Under the pieces are notes generated by a model. That model worked only from the letters and a program-made list of their open reading frames with translations. It was not told where the DNA came from and ran no database searches. Made by a program: the position numbers and the translations under genes. 64,000 bases of DNA from an uncultured delta proteobacterium (GTDB taxonomy: Bacteria; Myxococcota_A; Polyangia; Haliangiales; Haliangiaceae), in assembly GCA_963848295.1 (NCBI GenBank), contig CAWKDB010000010.1, positions 3,072,001-3,136,000 of the forward strand. The letters run 5' to 3'. Below are positions 9,752-22,550 of the stretch, in pieces; the stretch's first letter is position 1, and each line of letters opens with the position of its first letter.

Positions 9752-11440
9752 ATGTCCACGGGTAACGGCGACAAGCCGCCTACGCCGCCGGGGCGGCCGG
9801 CAGCCGATACCCCGCAGCGCGTCGTCGTGGGGATGGAGACCGGGCACGAAGCCCTCGGTGCGAGCGACACCGCGGTCGCGATGGCGAGCAAGCCCGGCGA
9901 TCGAACGTCGCTGACGGATCTCGGCCACTCGCAGACCGATGCGATCCGGCCGCTCGACAAGAGCATGCTCGAGGGCGACTTGATCGGTACGACGCTGTCG
10001 GGCCGCTACCACATCACGCGCAAGCTCGGCCAGGGCGGGATGGGCGCGGTCTACGAAGCGACCCACACGCTGATCAACAAGAAGGTCGCGGTCAAGGTCC
10101 TGCTCGAGAAGTACGCGAAGCGGCAGGCGATCGTGCAGCGCCTCGAGCAAGAGGCCAAGCTCGCCTCGTCGCTCGACAACGACCACATCATCGACATCAC
10201 CGACTTCGGCACGACCGAAGACGGCCGCACGTTCGTCGTGATGGAGTTCCTCGAAGGCGAATCGCTCGCGGAGTGCCTCGCGCGCGAGACCAGGCTGCCC
10301 GAGCAGCGCATCCTTCGCATCGCGTCGCAGTGCGCGCTGGCGCTGGTCGATGCCCACGCGAAGGGCATCGTTCACCGCGACATCAAGCCCGAGAACCTCT
10401 TCCTCGAGAAGCGCAAGGAGCTCGACTTCGTCAAGGTCGTGGACTTCGGGATCTCGAAGTCGTTGCGCGCGACCGGCGAGGATGAGGAGCAGCCGCGGTT
10501 GACCCAGACCGGCATGGTGCTCGGCACGCCGCTGTACATGTCGCCCGAGCAAGCGCGCGGTGATGAAGAGCTCGATGCGCGCGTCGATCTCTACGCGCTC
10601 GGCGTGATCATGTACGAATGCGCGACCGGGCGCGTGCCGTTCTCGGGCACGAACTACCTGAGCGTGATCTCGCAGGTGCTCAACGAGGATCCGACGCCGG
10701 TGCGCGAGCTGCGGGCCGATCTCAGCGAAGAGTTCGAGGCGATCGTGCTGAAGCTGATGGCGAAGCAGCGCACCGCCCGCTACGCGAACGCGAGCGACGT
10801 CTTGTCCGATCTCACGGCGCTGCTCGACGATCCGACGCACTCGACCGAGCGCGCGAAGATCACCGGACCGCGGCGCAAACCAGTCGCGGCGAAGAGCGCG
10901 TCGAAGATCCTCGCGTGGGTCGCCGGCGTCGCGGTGCTCGTCGCGGTGATCGTCGTCACCGTGATGTTGACGATGGGCCGCTCGAACAAGCCCGGCCCGA
11001 CGGTGACGCCGGCGACGGTGCCGGTCGTCGAGCACGCGATCCCGGCCGATGCCGCGATCCCGACGCTCGCGCCCGATGCCGGGCCGCCGCCGTCGGAGAC
11101 CGTCGTGTACACGATCGAGACCGTGCCGAGCGGCGCGCAGATCTTCAAGGAAGGCATCGAGTACGGCCTGTCACCGCAGAAGGTCGAGCTCGTCAAGAAG
11201 GACAAGGACACCGAGTTCCTCGCGCGCGCGCCCGCCTATAACGATCATCCGTTCAAGCTCAACCCGGCCGAGGACAAGGACCACGCGATTCGGATCCTGC
11301 TCGAGAAGCCAAAGCAAGGCGCTCCGCTGATCCGCACCGACTTGAAGAAGCGAGGTGCCGGTGCGGGCTCGGGCTCCGACCGCGGCGCGACCATCGAGGG
11401 CTCGCCGGGCGATCCATACAAGCGCAAGTCGGGTCCGTGA
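9752..11440 (+). CDS. Membrane Ser/Thr protein kinase (Hanks type)
   Basis: LGQGGMGAV, VAVK, HRDIKPEN, DFG, GTPLYMSPE; one TM helix; PEGA-like TVPSGAQIF. Confidence 0.95.
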   Translation: MSTGNGDKPPTPPGRPAADTPQRVVVGMETGHEALGASDTAVAMASKPGDRTSLTDLGHSQTDAIRPLDKSMLEGDLIGTTLSGRYHITRKLGQGGMGAVYEATHTLINKKVAVKVLLEKYAKRQAIVQRLEQEAKLASSLDNDHIIDITDFGTTEDGRTFVVMEFLEGESLAECLARETRLPEQRILRIASQCALALVDAHAKGIVHRDIKPENLFLEKRKELDFVKVVDFGISKSLRATGEDEEQPRLTQTGMVLGTPLYMSPEQARGDEELDARVDLYALGVIMYECATGRVPFSGTNYLSVISQVLNEDPTPVRELRADLSEEFEAIVLKLMAKQRTARYANASDVLSDLTALLDDPTHSTERAKITGPRRKPVAAKSASKILAWVAGVAVLVAVIVVTVMLTMGRSNKPGPTVTPATVPVVEHAIPADAAIPTLAPDAGPPPSETVVYTIETVPSGAQIFKEGIEYGLSPQKVELVKKDKDTEFLARAPAYNDHPFKLNPAEDKDHAIRILLEKPKQGAPLIRTDLKKRGAGAGSGSDRGATIEGSPGDPYKRKSGP

Positions 11441-11447
11441 TCGCGCC

Positions 11448-11541
11448 GCCGGTTGTCAAAGTGAACACCGTCCCCACGTATCATCGCGAAAGTGCTCCCC
11501 CGTGAGGCACCGGCCGGTTGTCAAAGTGAACACCGTCCCCA
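11448..11541 (+). repeat. Repeat-spacer-repeat unit 1: two identical 29-bp direct repeats with a 36-bp spacer
   Basis: GCCGGTTGTCAAAGTGAACACCGTCCCCA at 11448-11476 and 11513-11541. Confidence 0.95.
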
Positions 11542-13217
11542 TCGTCCTGTTGCTCGTCGCGAGCACCGCGATCGGGCATGCGCAGCCGGCTGCCGACCCG
11601 AAGCCCGATGACGCTGGCTACATCGGCCGCGACGTGACACCGCTCGAGATCGACGACTGCCCGGCGCCGCCCGATCTGTCGAAGGATCGGATCCGCCAGG
11701 TCGCGTCGGAGCACTACCAGCGCGGCGAGGTGCTCTACGCGCAGGGCGACTACCCCGGCGCGGTCGAGGAGCTGGTCTCGGCGTACTGCCTGTCGCCGTA
11801 CTACACCGTGTTGAAAGACATCGGCCAGGCGTACGAGCGCCAGCTCGAGTACGAAAAAGCGATCGGCTACCTGTCGCGCTACGTGTTCGCGATCCCGAAG
11901 ACCGCGCAGCGCGCCTCGGCATGCGAGGTCGATCCGCAGGTCGACGCGCAGAACGTCAAGGCGCGGATCACGCAGCTCGAGCGCTTGACTGCGAAGATCC
12001 TGGTCGATACGTCGCCGCCCCACGCGAAGCTGACGTTGTCAAACGACGCCGGCGTCCATGCGCGCGGCGAGTCGGGCTCGCTGCTCCAGGTTCCTGGCGG
12101 ACGCTACACGCTGACGATCGAGCTCGACGGCTACGTTACCCAGCATCGCGAGATCACCGCGAACATCGGCAAGCCGTACACCTACTTCGAGCGGCTCGAG
12201 CCGCAGACCGGCGAGCTCCGTGTCCAGGTCACGCCGAACGACGCGCGCCTGTTTCTCGACAAGCGCTCGGTCGGCACCGGCCGGATGGACGAGCAATTGC
12301 CGGCCGGGAAGTACTCGCTCGTCGTCGAGCTCGCCGACCACGTGTCCCAGCATCGCGACGTCGTCGTCGTGCCGAACCACACGACCGCGATCGCGGTCGA
12401 GCTCGAGGGCGAGCCGCAGTTCGGCCACCGCCAGTTGTTGGTCTACGGCGGCGTTGCCGGCGCGGTCGCCGGCGGTGCGCTGCTCGGCACGACGAGCGAC
12501 CCCGGCATCATCGCGATCGGGGTCGGCGCTGGCGCCGCCGCGGGCTTGCTCGGCACGTTGTACGGCACGCCGCACGATCTCGCGCTCGGCACCAGCGATC
12601 TCACGATCACGTCGTCGCTGATCGGCGGCGTCGTCGGTGTCGCGGCCGGCGCCCTGTTCACGGACCACACGAACGTGCTCGCTCCGCTCGGCGGCGGCGG
12701 GCTCGTGCTCGGCGCCGGCGTCGGCTACTACATCGCGGATCGGCTGCACACGCGACCCGGTGAAGCCGCGGTCGTCAACAGCGGCGCGTTGTGGGGCACC
12801 GCCGCCGGTGCATTGTTCGTCGCGAGCTTTCAGCCCGACACGCGGATCAGCGCGGGCATCGTGCTCAGCGGCCTCGGCATGGGCACGGTCGGCGGCGTCC
12901 TGCTCGCCCGCTACTTCCGGGTGAGTCGCGCGCACGCGGCGCTGATCGACGTCGGCGGTCTGGTCGGCACGCTCGGCGGCGTCGCGGCCGAGAACCTGAT
13001 CTTTCGCCAGCAGAACCAGACGTCGAGTCAGCAGGTCCAGAACGAGCACACCGCCGACTTCGCGCTCGGCGGCCTCGCGGTCGGCTTGATCCTCGCCGGT
13101 GTGCTGACCCGCGAGCTAGACCTACCCAAGATCGCGGTCACGCCCGCGATCGGCAGCACACCGTCTCCGGATGGCAAGACATCGTCCACGACGTTCGGCG
13201 TGCGTGGCGTGTTCTGA
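11502..13217 (+). CDS. Secreted/membrane TPR plus PEGA protein with Gly-rich hydrophobic C-terminus
   Basis: Signal peptide (IVLLLVASTAIGHA), TPR (YQRGEVLYAQGDYPGA), two PEGA-like repeats, C-terminal Phe; start 11502 or 11526 uncertain. Confidence 0.8.
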   Translation: MRHRPVVKVNTVPIVLLLVASTAIGHAQPAADPKPDDAGYIGRDVTPLEIDDCPAPPDLSKDRIRQVASEHYQRGEVLYAQGDYPGAVEELVSAYCLSPYYTVLKDIGQAYERQLEYEKAIGYLSRYVFAIPKTAQRASACEVDPQVDAQNVKARITQLERLTAKILVDTSPPHAKLTLSNDAGVHARGESGSLLQVPGGRYTLTIELDGYVTQHREITANIGKPYTYFERLEPQTGELRVQVTPNDARLFLDKRSVGTGRMDEQLPAGKYSLVVELADHVSQHRDVVVVPNHTTAIAVELEGEPQFGHRQLLVYGGVAGAVAGGALLGTTSDPGIIAIGVGAGAAAGLLGTLYGTPHDLALGTSDLTITSSLIGGVVGVAAGALFTDHTNVLAPLGGGGLVLGAGVGYYIADRLHTRPGEAAVVNSGALWGTAAGALFVASFQPDTRISAGIVLSGLGMGTVGGVLLARYFRVSRAHAALIDVGGLVGTLGGVAAENLIFRQQNQTSSQQVQNEHTADFALGGLAVGLILAGVLTRELDLPKIAVTPAIGSTPSPDGKTSSTTFGVRGVF

Positions 13218-13246
13218 GCCACCAGCACTGCCGCATGGAAGTACGG

Positions 13247-13290
13247 TTGTGATCGATCACAAACTTTACCTCGGTGCGTTCTGCTAGCAT
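13247..13290 (+). promoter_or_regulatory. Perfect 16-bp palindrome with a downstream extended -10-like element
   Basis: TTGTGATCGATCACAA at 13247-13262; TGcTAGCAT ending at 13290, 9 nt before the ATG at 13300. Confidence 0.5.
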
Positions 13291-13299
13291 GGTCGCACT

Positions 13300-14484
13300 A
13301 TGCGGATAGGGATCGCAGTTGTGTTTGTCGCCGCGCTCGCGAGCGCGTGCGGAAAAGTTAGCCCGGCGACCTGCATCCAGGGCTCCACCGAGTGCGCGAT
13401 GGAGTGCGTCGACCTGATGTCGGACGAGCTCAATTGCGGCGCCTGCGGCAATGCGTGCCCGGATCAGACGATGTGCAGCGCCGGCACCTGTGCGCCGGTC
13501 GCGGCGCAATGTCCGATCGGCTTCAAGACCTGCGCGTCGGGCTGCGCCGATCTCGACAACGACGCCACCAACTGCGGCGCGTGTGACAACACGTGCGACG
13601 GCGACTCGCGCTGCCTCGGCGGAACGTGCGCGGTGAGCAACTGGGAAACGATCCTCATGCAGCCGTCGCAGGGCATCATCGGGTTCTCGAATGCGGTGCC
13701 GGCCGGGTCCGTGCTCGTCTACGCGACGCTCTCGACGACCGACACGTTCGTCGCCTACACGTTCCCGTCGACCGGCCTGCCGAACGGCGCGTTCGCGACG
13801 CTCGCTGCGCCACCGACCGGATTCGGAACCTACGGCACTCCGATCACGACCCCGACCGGCGCGATCTATCTATTCACGGGCAACGCGGTCAACACGTTCG
13901 ATCCGGTCGGCAATTCGTGGTCCGCGCTCCCCGGTGTCACGCTGACCGACACGGTCAACGACTCGCAGGGCGCCTCGGATGACGACGGCAAGCTCTACGA
14001 GTTCGCGACCGACTCGATGGGCGGGAACTTCGTCGCACAGTTCGATCCCGCGACCGGCACGCAGAACTACTTCCCGTGGCCGGGCGATTCCCCGGACGAG
14101 CCGCGCGTCGCGTGGGACTCCAAGTCGAAGCGGGTGTACCTCGGGAGCTACTACGACGACCAGCTGTACTCGCTCGATCCCGCGACCGGCACGTTCACGT
14201 TGCTCGCCCCGCTGCCGGAGGTGACCGGCGGCATGTCGGATGCGTTCTGCACCGACAACCACGGCTTCCTTTACACCGTCGGCGATGCGTGCACCGGCGC
14301 GAACGAGTCTTGGGTCTACAACACCACCACCAATACGTGGAAGGCGTTCACTCCACTGCCGTTCGACCACGGTTGTGACGCGTCGTGCACGGTTACCGGC
14401 GACGGCTACCTTTACTTCTCCGCGTCGGAGACGAACAACAACATCGCGCGCTATCGGCTATTCGCGACGGAAGGGTCGAACTAA
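13300..14484 (+). CDS. Lipoprotein with myxobacterial Cys-rich repeats and a Kelch-like propeller
   Basis: LASAC lipobox; two CxDLxxDxxNCGACxxxC repeats; FDP..xW/F propeller blades. Confidence 0.8.
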   Translation: MRIGIAVVFVAALASACGKVSPATCIQGSTECAMECVDLMSDELNCGACGNACPDQTMCSAGTCAPVAAQCPIGFKTCASGCADLDNDATNCGACDNTCDGDSRCLGGTCAVSNWETILMQPSQGIIGFSNAVPAGSVLVYATLSTTDTFVAYTFPSTGLPNGAFATLAAPPTGFGTYGTPITTPTGAIYLFTGNAVNTFDPVGNSWSALPGVTLTDTVNDSQGASDDDGKLYEFATDSMGGNFVAQFDPATGTQNYFPWPGDSPDEPRVAWDSKSKRVYLGSYYDDQLYSLDPATGTFTLLAPLPEVTGGMSDAFCTDNHGFLYTVGDACTGANESWVYNTTTNTWKAFTPLPFDHGCDASCTVTGDGYLYFSASETNNNIARYRLFATEGSN

Positions 14485-15683
14485 TGAAGGCCGCGATTCA
14501 AGTCTCGATCCTGGCGCTCGCGCTCGCGGCGTGCGGCACCACGGCGACTCCGCCGAGTTGTCTCGGCGGCGCAACGGAGTGTGACAACACCTGCGTCGAC
14601 CTGATGGCGGATCAGGCGAACTGCGGGGCGTGCGGTATGGCGTGCGGAGCAGACACCGTATGCACCGCGGGCGCTTGCGCTCCGGTCGCACAGCTGTGCA
14701 ACCAGGGCGCGATGATGTGCGGCACCGACTGCGTCGATCCGATGGTCGATGTCGCGAACTGCGGCGCGTGTGGCATGGCGTGTACCGCCGACCAGCGTTG
14801 CCTCAGCGGCACGTGCTCCGACGACATCTGGACCGTAACCGAGAGCCACCCCCACGACAGCTACGCCGCGTTCGCCAATACGATCGACGCGAATGCACTT
14901 CTGGTCTATGTGCTCGACCCCGGAGCCGCGGCTGGCACGGGCCTCGAGACGTACACGTTGCCGACGACCGCGACGCCGACCGGGACCTATGCGCAGCTGA
15001 CCGCTCCTCCCCCTGCCGACAACCTCTCGTACTTCGACAATCCGTCGCTGGTCGGCACGACGCTGTACGCCGGGGCCGGCACGACGCTCTACGCGTACGA
15101 CACGACCACGGACACCTGGTCGACCGCCGGGACGCTGCCCGACTCGGTCAGTTCCGCCGAAACCGCGACCGATGGTACCTACGTTTATCTCTGGGCGGGC
15201 GACGGCTACCTCTTGCAGTTCGACCCTGCGACGACGACGACCGCACACTTTCTCGCGCCGCTTGCCACGCCGAGCGAGCCCCGGGTCGCCTGGGACAGTT
15301 CTACCAAGCAGCTCTACCTCGGCAGCTACGGGGGCCTCGCGTTGTGGTCGTTCGATCCCACCACGTCGACATTCAAGACACTCGGGTCGTTGCCGGCGGG
15401 AGCCAGCACGAGCGACGCGTTCTGCAGTGACAACCACGGTCACATCTTCACGACGAACACGTCATGCAGCGCCGACATGGTGGTGTGGATGTACAGCGCC
15501 GGCGCGGACGCGTGGTCGTCGTTCCCCGCGCTGCCCAACGATCACGGCTGTCAGGTGTCATGCACGACAACCGCCGACGGCTGGCTGTTCCTCGAGTCGA
15601 ATCAAGTGACCGTCGCTGCGGTATCCAGCGACGTGCTCGATCAGTATCGCCTCTTCGTTCCCGACGCCGGCGGCTCGAACTAA
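14484..15683 (+). CDS. Tandem paralog of 13300-14484 (Cys-rich repeats plus propeller lipoprotein)
   Basis: TAATG overlap; LAAC lipobox; shared EPRVAWDS, SDAFC.DNHG, DHGC and YRLF..GSN motifs. Confidence 0.8.
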   Translation: MKAAIQVSILALALAACGTTATPPSCLGGATECDNTCVDLMADQANCGACGMACGADTVCTAGACAPVAQLCNQGAMMCGTDCVDPMVDVANCGACGMACTADQRCLSGTCSDDIWTVTESHPHDSYAAFANTIDANALLVYVLDPGAAAGTGLETYTLPTTATPTGTYAQLTAPPPADNLSYFDNPSLVGTTLYAGAGTTLYAYDTTTDTWSTAGTLPDSVSSAETATDGTYVYLWAGDGYLLQFDPATTTTAHFLAPLATPSEPRVAWDSSTKQLYLGSYGGLALWSFDPTTSTFKTLGSLPAGASTSDAFCSDNHGHIFTTNTSCSADMVVWMYSAGADAWSSFPALPNDHGCQVSCTTTADGWLFLESNQVTVAAVSSDVLDQYRLFVPDAGGSN

Positions 15684-15712
15684 CTCCTCGCCCGGAGCGC
15701 GAGCGCGAGGCC

Positions 15713-16246
15713 CTACGGGGTCGGCGCCGGCGTGGCCATCGCCTTCTTCATGCACTCGCTCAGCCTTTGCGAGCTGTCCGCAGCCTGTTTGGTCTCCGCT
15801 TCCGAGAGCTTCGGCTGCTCTTCGTACATCATGTCTTTCGACCACGCGGTCATCGCGTCGCTGACCTTCGTCGCGCACGCGGCGTCTTTGCACGCGCACA
15901 TCTGATTCGCAAAGTCGCCGAGCTTCGCGAGCGCCGCGTCCTTGTCCAAGCCGCCGGCGTCGGCCTTCTGCTTCTTGTCGCGGTCACCGAAGTCCATGCA
16001 GGCCGACGTCTTGTCCTCGGTGAGCTCGCCGTCGATCGCGAGCAGGCAATCCACCATCTTGGCCATCTTCGGATCTTTGAGGTCCTCGTGGCACGAGGCG
16101 ATCGACTTGTCCCGCTTTGCCGGATCGGCCTCGTGGTCCTGATCCTTCGAGACCTTCGCCAGCATCTTGTCGTAGAGGCGTTCGCACTTGTCGCCGGCTT
16201 TACAACCGACCGCGAGGACGACTGCCACGAGGAGCTTGACCATCAC
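15713..16246 (-). CDS. Cys-rich helical lipoprotein, function unknown
   Basis: LAVGC lipobox; MCACKDAACATKV motif. Confidence 0.75.
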   Translation of the reverse strand: MMVKLLVAVVLAVGCKAGDKCERLYDKMLAKVSKDQDHEADPAKRDKSIASCHEDLKDPKMAKMVDCLLAIDGELTEDKTSACMDFGDRDKKQKADAGGLDKDAALAKLGDFANQMCACKDAACATKVSDAMTAWSKDMMYEEQPKLSEAETKQAADSSQRLSECMKKAMATPAPTP

Positions 16247-16251
16247 CCAGC

Positions 16252-17736
<1,485 letters not shown>

Positions 17737-17755
17737 GAGCGTGATTATCGCAGCG

Positions 17756-19141
17756 TCAACGAAACAGCGCGAGTGCGCCGACGACACCGATCGCGACCGC
17801 GATCAGGGCTGCTACCGCCAACCACAGCCCGCGCGGCGCCGCCTTCGCCTTCGGCCGGACGACTGGGTGGGCGGCGGATGGGTTCGGGGTCGCGAGCGGG
17901 TAGAGCGTCGGGGGTGGCGGGACCCCAATCGTCGTCTCGGCGTGCCCGACCGCGTTGCCGCGCAGCGCGGGCGACGAGATCGCCGGAGGCTGCGATGGTC
18001 GGTTCGATGGTGCTCGCTCCCGGGCGTCAGCGCTGCCGGATGCGGTCGGGTCCGGCGCCGGGATCGAGACCGGCATCGGCAACGGTACGGGCGGTGCGGT
18101 CGGCATGACCACCGGCGCCGGCCTCGGGGCCAGCATCATCGGCTCGGCGCCGAACCGCGAGGGCGTGATCACCCCGGAAGCTCCCGCACCTTGCGCCGGC
18201 ATCTCGACCGCGGAGATCGCGGGCAACGACGGCCGGGCGCGCCGGATCACGGCGCGGACCGCGGTCAGGGTCGGCCGCTCCGCCGGGTCGCTCGCCATCA
18301 TCGCGACGACGAGCTGGACGAGCTCGGCGGGAACGCCGCCGAGCGCACCGAGCACGCTGTCCGGCGTGCCGCGCTCGTCGGTGTCGAACGAGCCGTCGCT
18401 GTAGCGCCGCGGCCGTTCGCCGGTGAGCAGCTCGTACGACATCACGCCGAGCGCGTAGATATCGGTGTGGTGATCGACCTTCGCGCCGCGCAGCTGCTCG
18501 GGCGACATGTAATCCGGCGTGCCGAGCCGGGTGCCGGTCGCGGTGCGAAACGCGGCAGGTCCGGCCGCAGGCATCAACTTCGCGAGCCCGAAGTCGAGCA
18601 GCCGGACATCGAACCGGCCGGTGTGCGCCACGAGGAACACGTTGTCCGGCTTGAGATCGCGATGGACGAAGCCCTTGTCGTGCGCCGCCGACAACGCCGA
18701 GGCGATCTCGTCGATCACGATCGCCGCCTCGCGCACGTGCAGGGGGCCGCGCTTGACCCGCGTGCGCAGCGACTCGCCATCGAGCAGATCCATGACGAGG
18801 AACTGCCGGCCGTCGGGCAACGTGCCGAACGCGAAGATGTCGACGATGTTCGGGTGGCCGATCTGATTGACCGAGCGCGCCTCGGTGATGAAGCGCTCCA
18901 CCATCGTCGGATCCTTCGACCGCGAAGGGTGCAGCACCTTGATCGCGGCGCGCTTGCCGATCAGCGGGTGCTGGGCGGCGTAGACGACGCCCATGCCGCC
19001 GCGGCCGAGCTCGCCGGTGACCGAGTAACCGCCGACGTCGGTGCCCGGCGCGATCTCCACCGTCTGGATCTCGTCGCTGTCGTCGAAGGTCGGCGGTATC
19101 GCCATCGCCTCGGTCGGTCGCGATTCGTCCCCACTGTCCAC
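17756..19141 (-). CDS. Membrane Ser/Thr kinase, tandem paralog of 16252-17736
   Basis: HRDLKPDN, DFG, GTPDYMSPE; near-identical EARSVN.IGHPNIVDIFAFGTLPDGR segment. Confidence 0.92.
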   Translation of the reverse strand: MDSGDESRPTEAMAIPPTFDDSDEIQTVEIAPGTDVGGYSVTGELGRGGMGVVYAAQHPLIGKRAAIKVLHPSRSKDPTMVERFITEARSVNQIGHPNIVDIFAFGTLPDGRQFLVMDLLDGESLRTRVKRGPLHVREAAIVIDEIASALSAAHDKGFVHRDLKPDNVFLVAHTGRFDVRLLDFGLAKLMPAAGPAAFRTATGTRLGTPDYMSPEQLRGAKVDHHTDIYALGVMSYELLTGERPRRYSDGSFDTDERGTPDSVLGALGGVPAELVQLVVAMMASDPAERPTLTAVRAVIRRARPSLPAISAVEMPAQGAGASGVITPSRFGAEPMMLAPRPAPVVMPTAPPVPLPMPVSIPAPDPTASGSADARERAPSNRPSQPPAISSPALRGNAVGHAETTIGVPPPPTLYPLATPNPSAAHPVVRPKAKAAPRGLWLAVAALIAVAIGVVGALALFR

Positions 19142-19156
19142 TGCCTACATTGTAGG

Positions 19157-20473
19157 TCAAAGCGTATCGAGGAACGCGATCAATGCGTCCCGATCCGCCT
19201 CGGCGGCGTTGCGGAACGCGTCGCTCGCCGGCTGCGCTTCGCCGCCGTGCCAGAGGATCGCTTCTTCGAGCGTGCGAGCGCGCCCGTCGTGCAAGAACGA
19301 ACCGTTCTCGAGCACGACGTTCGTGAGGCCGATGCCCCACAGCGGCAGCGTACGCCACTCGCTGCCGGTCGCCGCGAAGTCCGGGCGGTTGTCGGCCAGG
19401 CCGTCGCCCATGTCGTGAAGTAACAAATCCGTGTAGGGATGGATCGTCTGATGCGCGAGCTCGGCGATCGGCGAATCGCCGGTCACGAGCGTCGGCACGT
19501 GGCAACTCGAGCAGCCGAAGTCGTCGAACCGCTGGCGACCGAGCGTGGCTTGCGCGTCGCGAGGCGCCGCCGCCGGCACGCCGATCGTCGAGACGAAGAA
19601 CGCCATCTGCTCGAGCTGCATGTCGCTGACGTCCGGATCGCTGCCGTCGGTCGGTGGGAACACGCGGTTCGTCAGGCCGATGTCGTTGAGCGCGGCGGCG
19701 GCGGCCTGCAGGTGCAACGTCGACGTGTTCGCTTTCATGCCGAACCGGCCGACGACCGTCGCTTGCTGCTCGTCGTCCCACACCATGTTGACCCGGCCCG
19801 AGATGCCATCGCCATCGGCGTCGTCCGGATCTGCCATCGCCATCAGCGTGTCGTCGTCGACCGCTGCGAGCAGACCCAGGCCGAAGATCGGCGGCGCCTG
19901 GCGATACGACGTCAAGGTGCCGTCGGGCAGCATCGCGCCCATCGGCGTCAGGATCGTCAGCGCCGGCGCGCGCAGCGAGACCGGCGTGCCGTCGCCATAC
20001 GTCGTCGGCATCTCGGTCCACGCTTGCGTCACGACGACCTCGGACAACATGCCGTCGACCGCGTGATCTTGCAGCTGCAAGCCGTAGCCCGGCACCGGCA
20101 CGTCGCCGCCCGGCACCGAGGGCGTTCCGGTCGCGAAGCTGCAGCGCACGAGCGCGTCGGAGACGTACGCGCCTTCCGGCGAGATCAGCGACGGGCCGAT
20201 CTCGGACAAGCCGCGACCGAACGACGAGTGACAGCCGGCGCACGAGTCGTTGTTGTAGAGCGGCCCGAGCTGCATCACCCAGTGAAACGCGAACGGCCCT
20301 TCGCCGGCTTGCCAGGTCGCCGCGTCATCGGACGTCAGGTTCGCGGCGGGATGGGTGAACGCGGTCGCGGTGCGATCGTCGACGGTGGTGTCGCCGCCTT
20401 GGCGCTGCTCGCTCGGAGTGTCGTCGCCGCAGCCGACGAGCGCGATCAAGCCGAACGCGAGCGTGAACCTCAC
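19157..20473 (-). CDS. Di-heme oxidoreductase family (DUF1111-like) lipoprotein
   Basis: LGPLYNNDSCAGCH, FGLGLL, DPDDADGDGISGR, GRFGMKA, GCSSCH, PYTDLLLHDMG, WRTLPLWG, FLHDGRARTLEEAILWHGGEA. Confidence 0.9.
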   Translation of the reverse strand: MRFTLAFGLIALVGCGDDTPSEQRQGGDTTVDDRTATAFTHPAANLTSDDAATWQAGEGPFAFHWVMQLGPLYNNDSCAGCHSSFGRGLSEIGPSLISPEGAYVSDALVRCSFATGTPSVPGGDVPVPGYGLQLQDHAVDGMLSEVVVTQAWTEMPTTYGDGTPVSLRAPALTILTPMGAMLPDGTLTSYRQAPPIFGLGLLAAVDDDTLMAMADPDDADGDGISGRVNMVWDDEQQATVVGRFGMKANTSTLHLQAAAAALNDIGLTNRVFPPTDGSDPDVSDMQLEQMAFFVSTIGVPAAAPRDAQATLGRQRFDDFGCSSCHVPTLVTGDSPIAELAHQTIHPYTDLLLHDMGDGLADNRPDFAATGSEWRTLPLWGIGLTNVVLENGSFLHDGRARTLEEAILWHGGEAQPASDAFRNAAEADRDALIAFLDTL

Positions 20474-20570
20474 GATCCGAGAGTATCAGGGCGCACGACG
20501 GCGAGATCGAACTAACCGCACGGCCATCGCCGGGGCCGGTGCGCCTTTGGGCGAAACGCCACAGCGGCGA

Positions 20571-21833
<1,263 letters not shown>

Positions 21834-21902
21834 CGTGGGGCGTTTGTACCGCGATTGTTCTCCGCGCTTGATCTCCGGCTGGGAGCGGTGGTACATGTGT
21901 CT

Positions 21903-21923
21903 TGAATATGAAAGTTGTTTTCA
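21903..21923. promoter_or_regulatory. Fur-box-like site
   Basis: AT-rich island; 7-1-7 TGAAAGT-T-GTTTTCA (21909-21923) with a 6-bp-offset TGAATAT half-site. Confidence 0.5.
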
Positions 21924-22029
21924 AATCCATTCGCCGGGCAGACACGACGACCGCGGCCCACCTCGCGACATCGTTCCGCGAGCCGTGGAGCTCGGCCCAC
22001 CTCGCCCTCGCGGACCGCGTCGAGTAGCC

Positions 22030-22548
22030 ATGCGCACCCTGGCATTGTTCGCGGTCGCCTGTGCGCTCGTTGCTTGTGGTCACCACGGCGACGGAGGTAG
22101 CGACAGCGCGGATGTGTTCATCGCGTTCAACACGTCATTCGCGCCGTTCCGCACGTGGACGTCGTTCCACGACGACTACGAAGAGAGCGCGTCGCCCGAC
22201 GTCAACGGCCCGCGCACGCAGTACATCAACCAGCTCCCGCCGAGCGGATCGACCGAGTTTCCGATCGGGACGATCATCGTCGAGGCGCGCGAGAACGCGA
22301 TGATGAAGATCTTCGCCGGCGTGAAGCGCGGCGGCGGGTTCAATCCCGGCGCGTTGAACTGGGAATGGTTCGAGCTGAGCGAGGCCTCCGGCGCGGGAAG
22401 CGAGGTCACGATCACGTGGCGCGGCTACGGTCCGCCGAACGGCGACACCTACGGTGGCGATCCGAACACGTGCAACACCTGCCACACCGATTGCGGCGGA
22501 TCGAACGACTTCGTGTGCTCGCCCGATCTGCAGTTGGCGAGCTTCTGA
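22030..22548 (+). CDS. Monoheme cytochrome c lipoprotein, P460/c'-beta-like
   Basis: LVAC lipobox; FPIGTIIV, KR..GF.P...NWEW and C-terminal CNTCH. Confidence 0.7.
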   Translation: MRTLALFAVACALVACGHHGDGGSDSADVFIAFNTSFAPFRTWTSFHDDYEESASPDVNGPRTQYINQLPPSGSTEFPIGTIIVEARENAMMKIFAGVKRGGGFNPGALNWEWFELSEASGAGSEVTITWRGYGPPNGDTYGGDPNTCNTCHTDCGGSNDFVCSPDLQLASF

Positions 22549-22550
22549 CC

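Noticed and set aside
11448..11541. Calling the repeat pairs CRISPR arrays
   Set aside because: Only two repeats per locus, no leader and no cas genes in the window; kept as an unclassified repeat family
20549..20560. GGGCGAAACGCC mini-hairpin, also near 42308
   Set aside because: Too short; no surrounding riboswitch consensus visible
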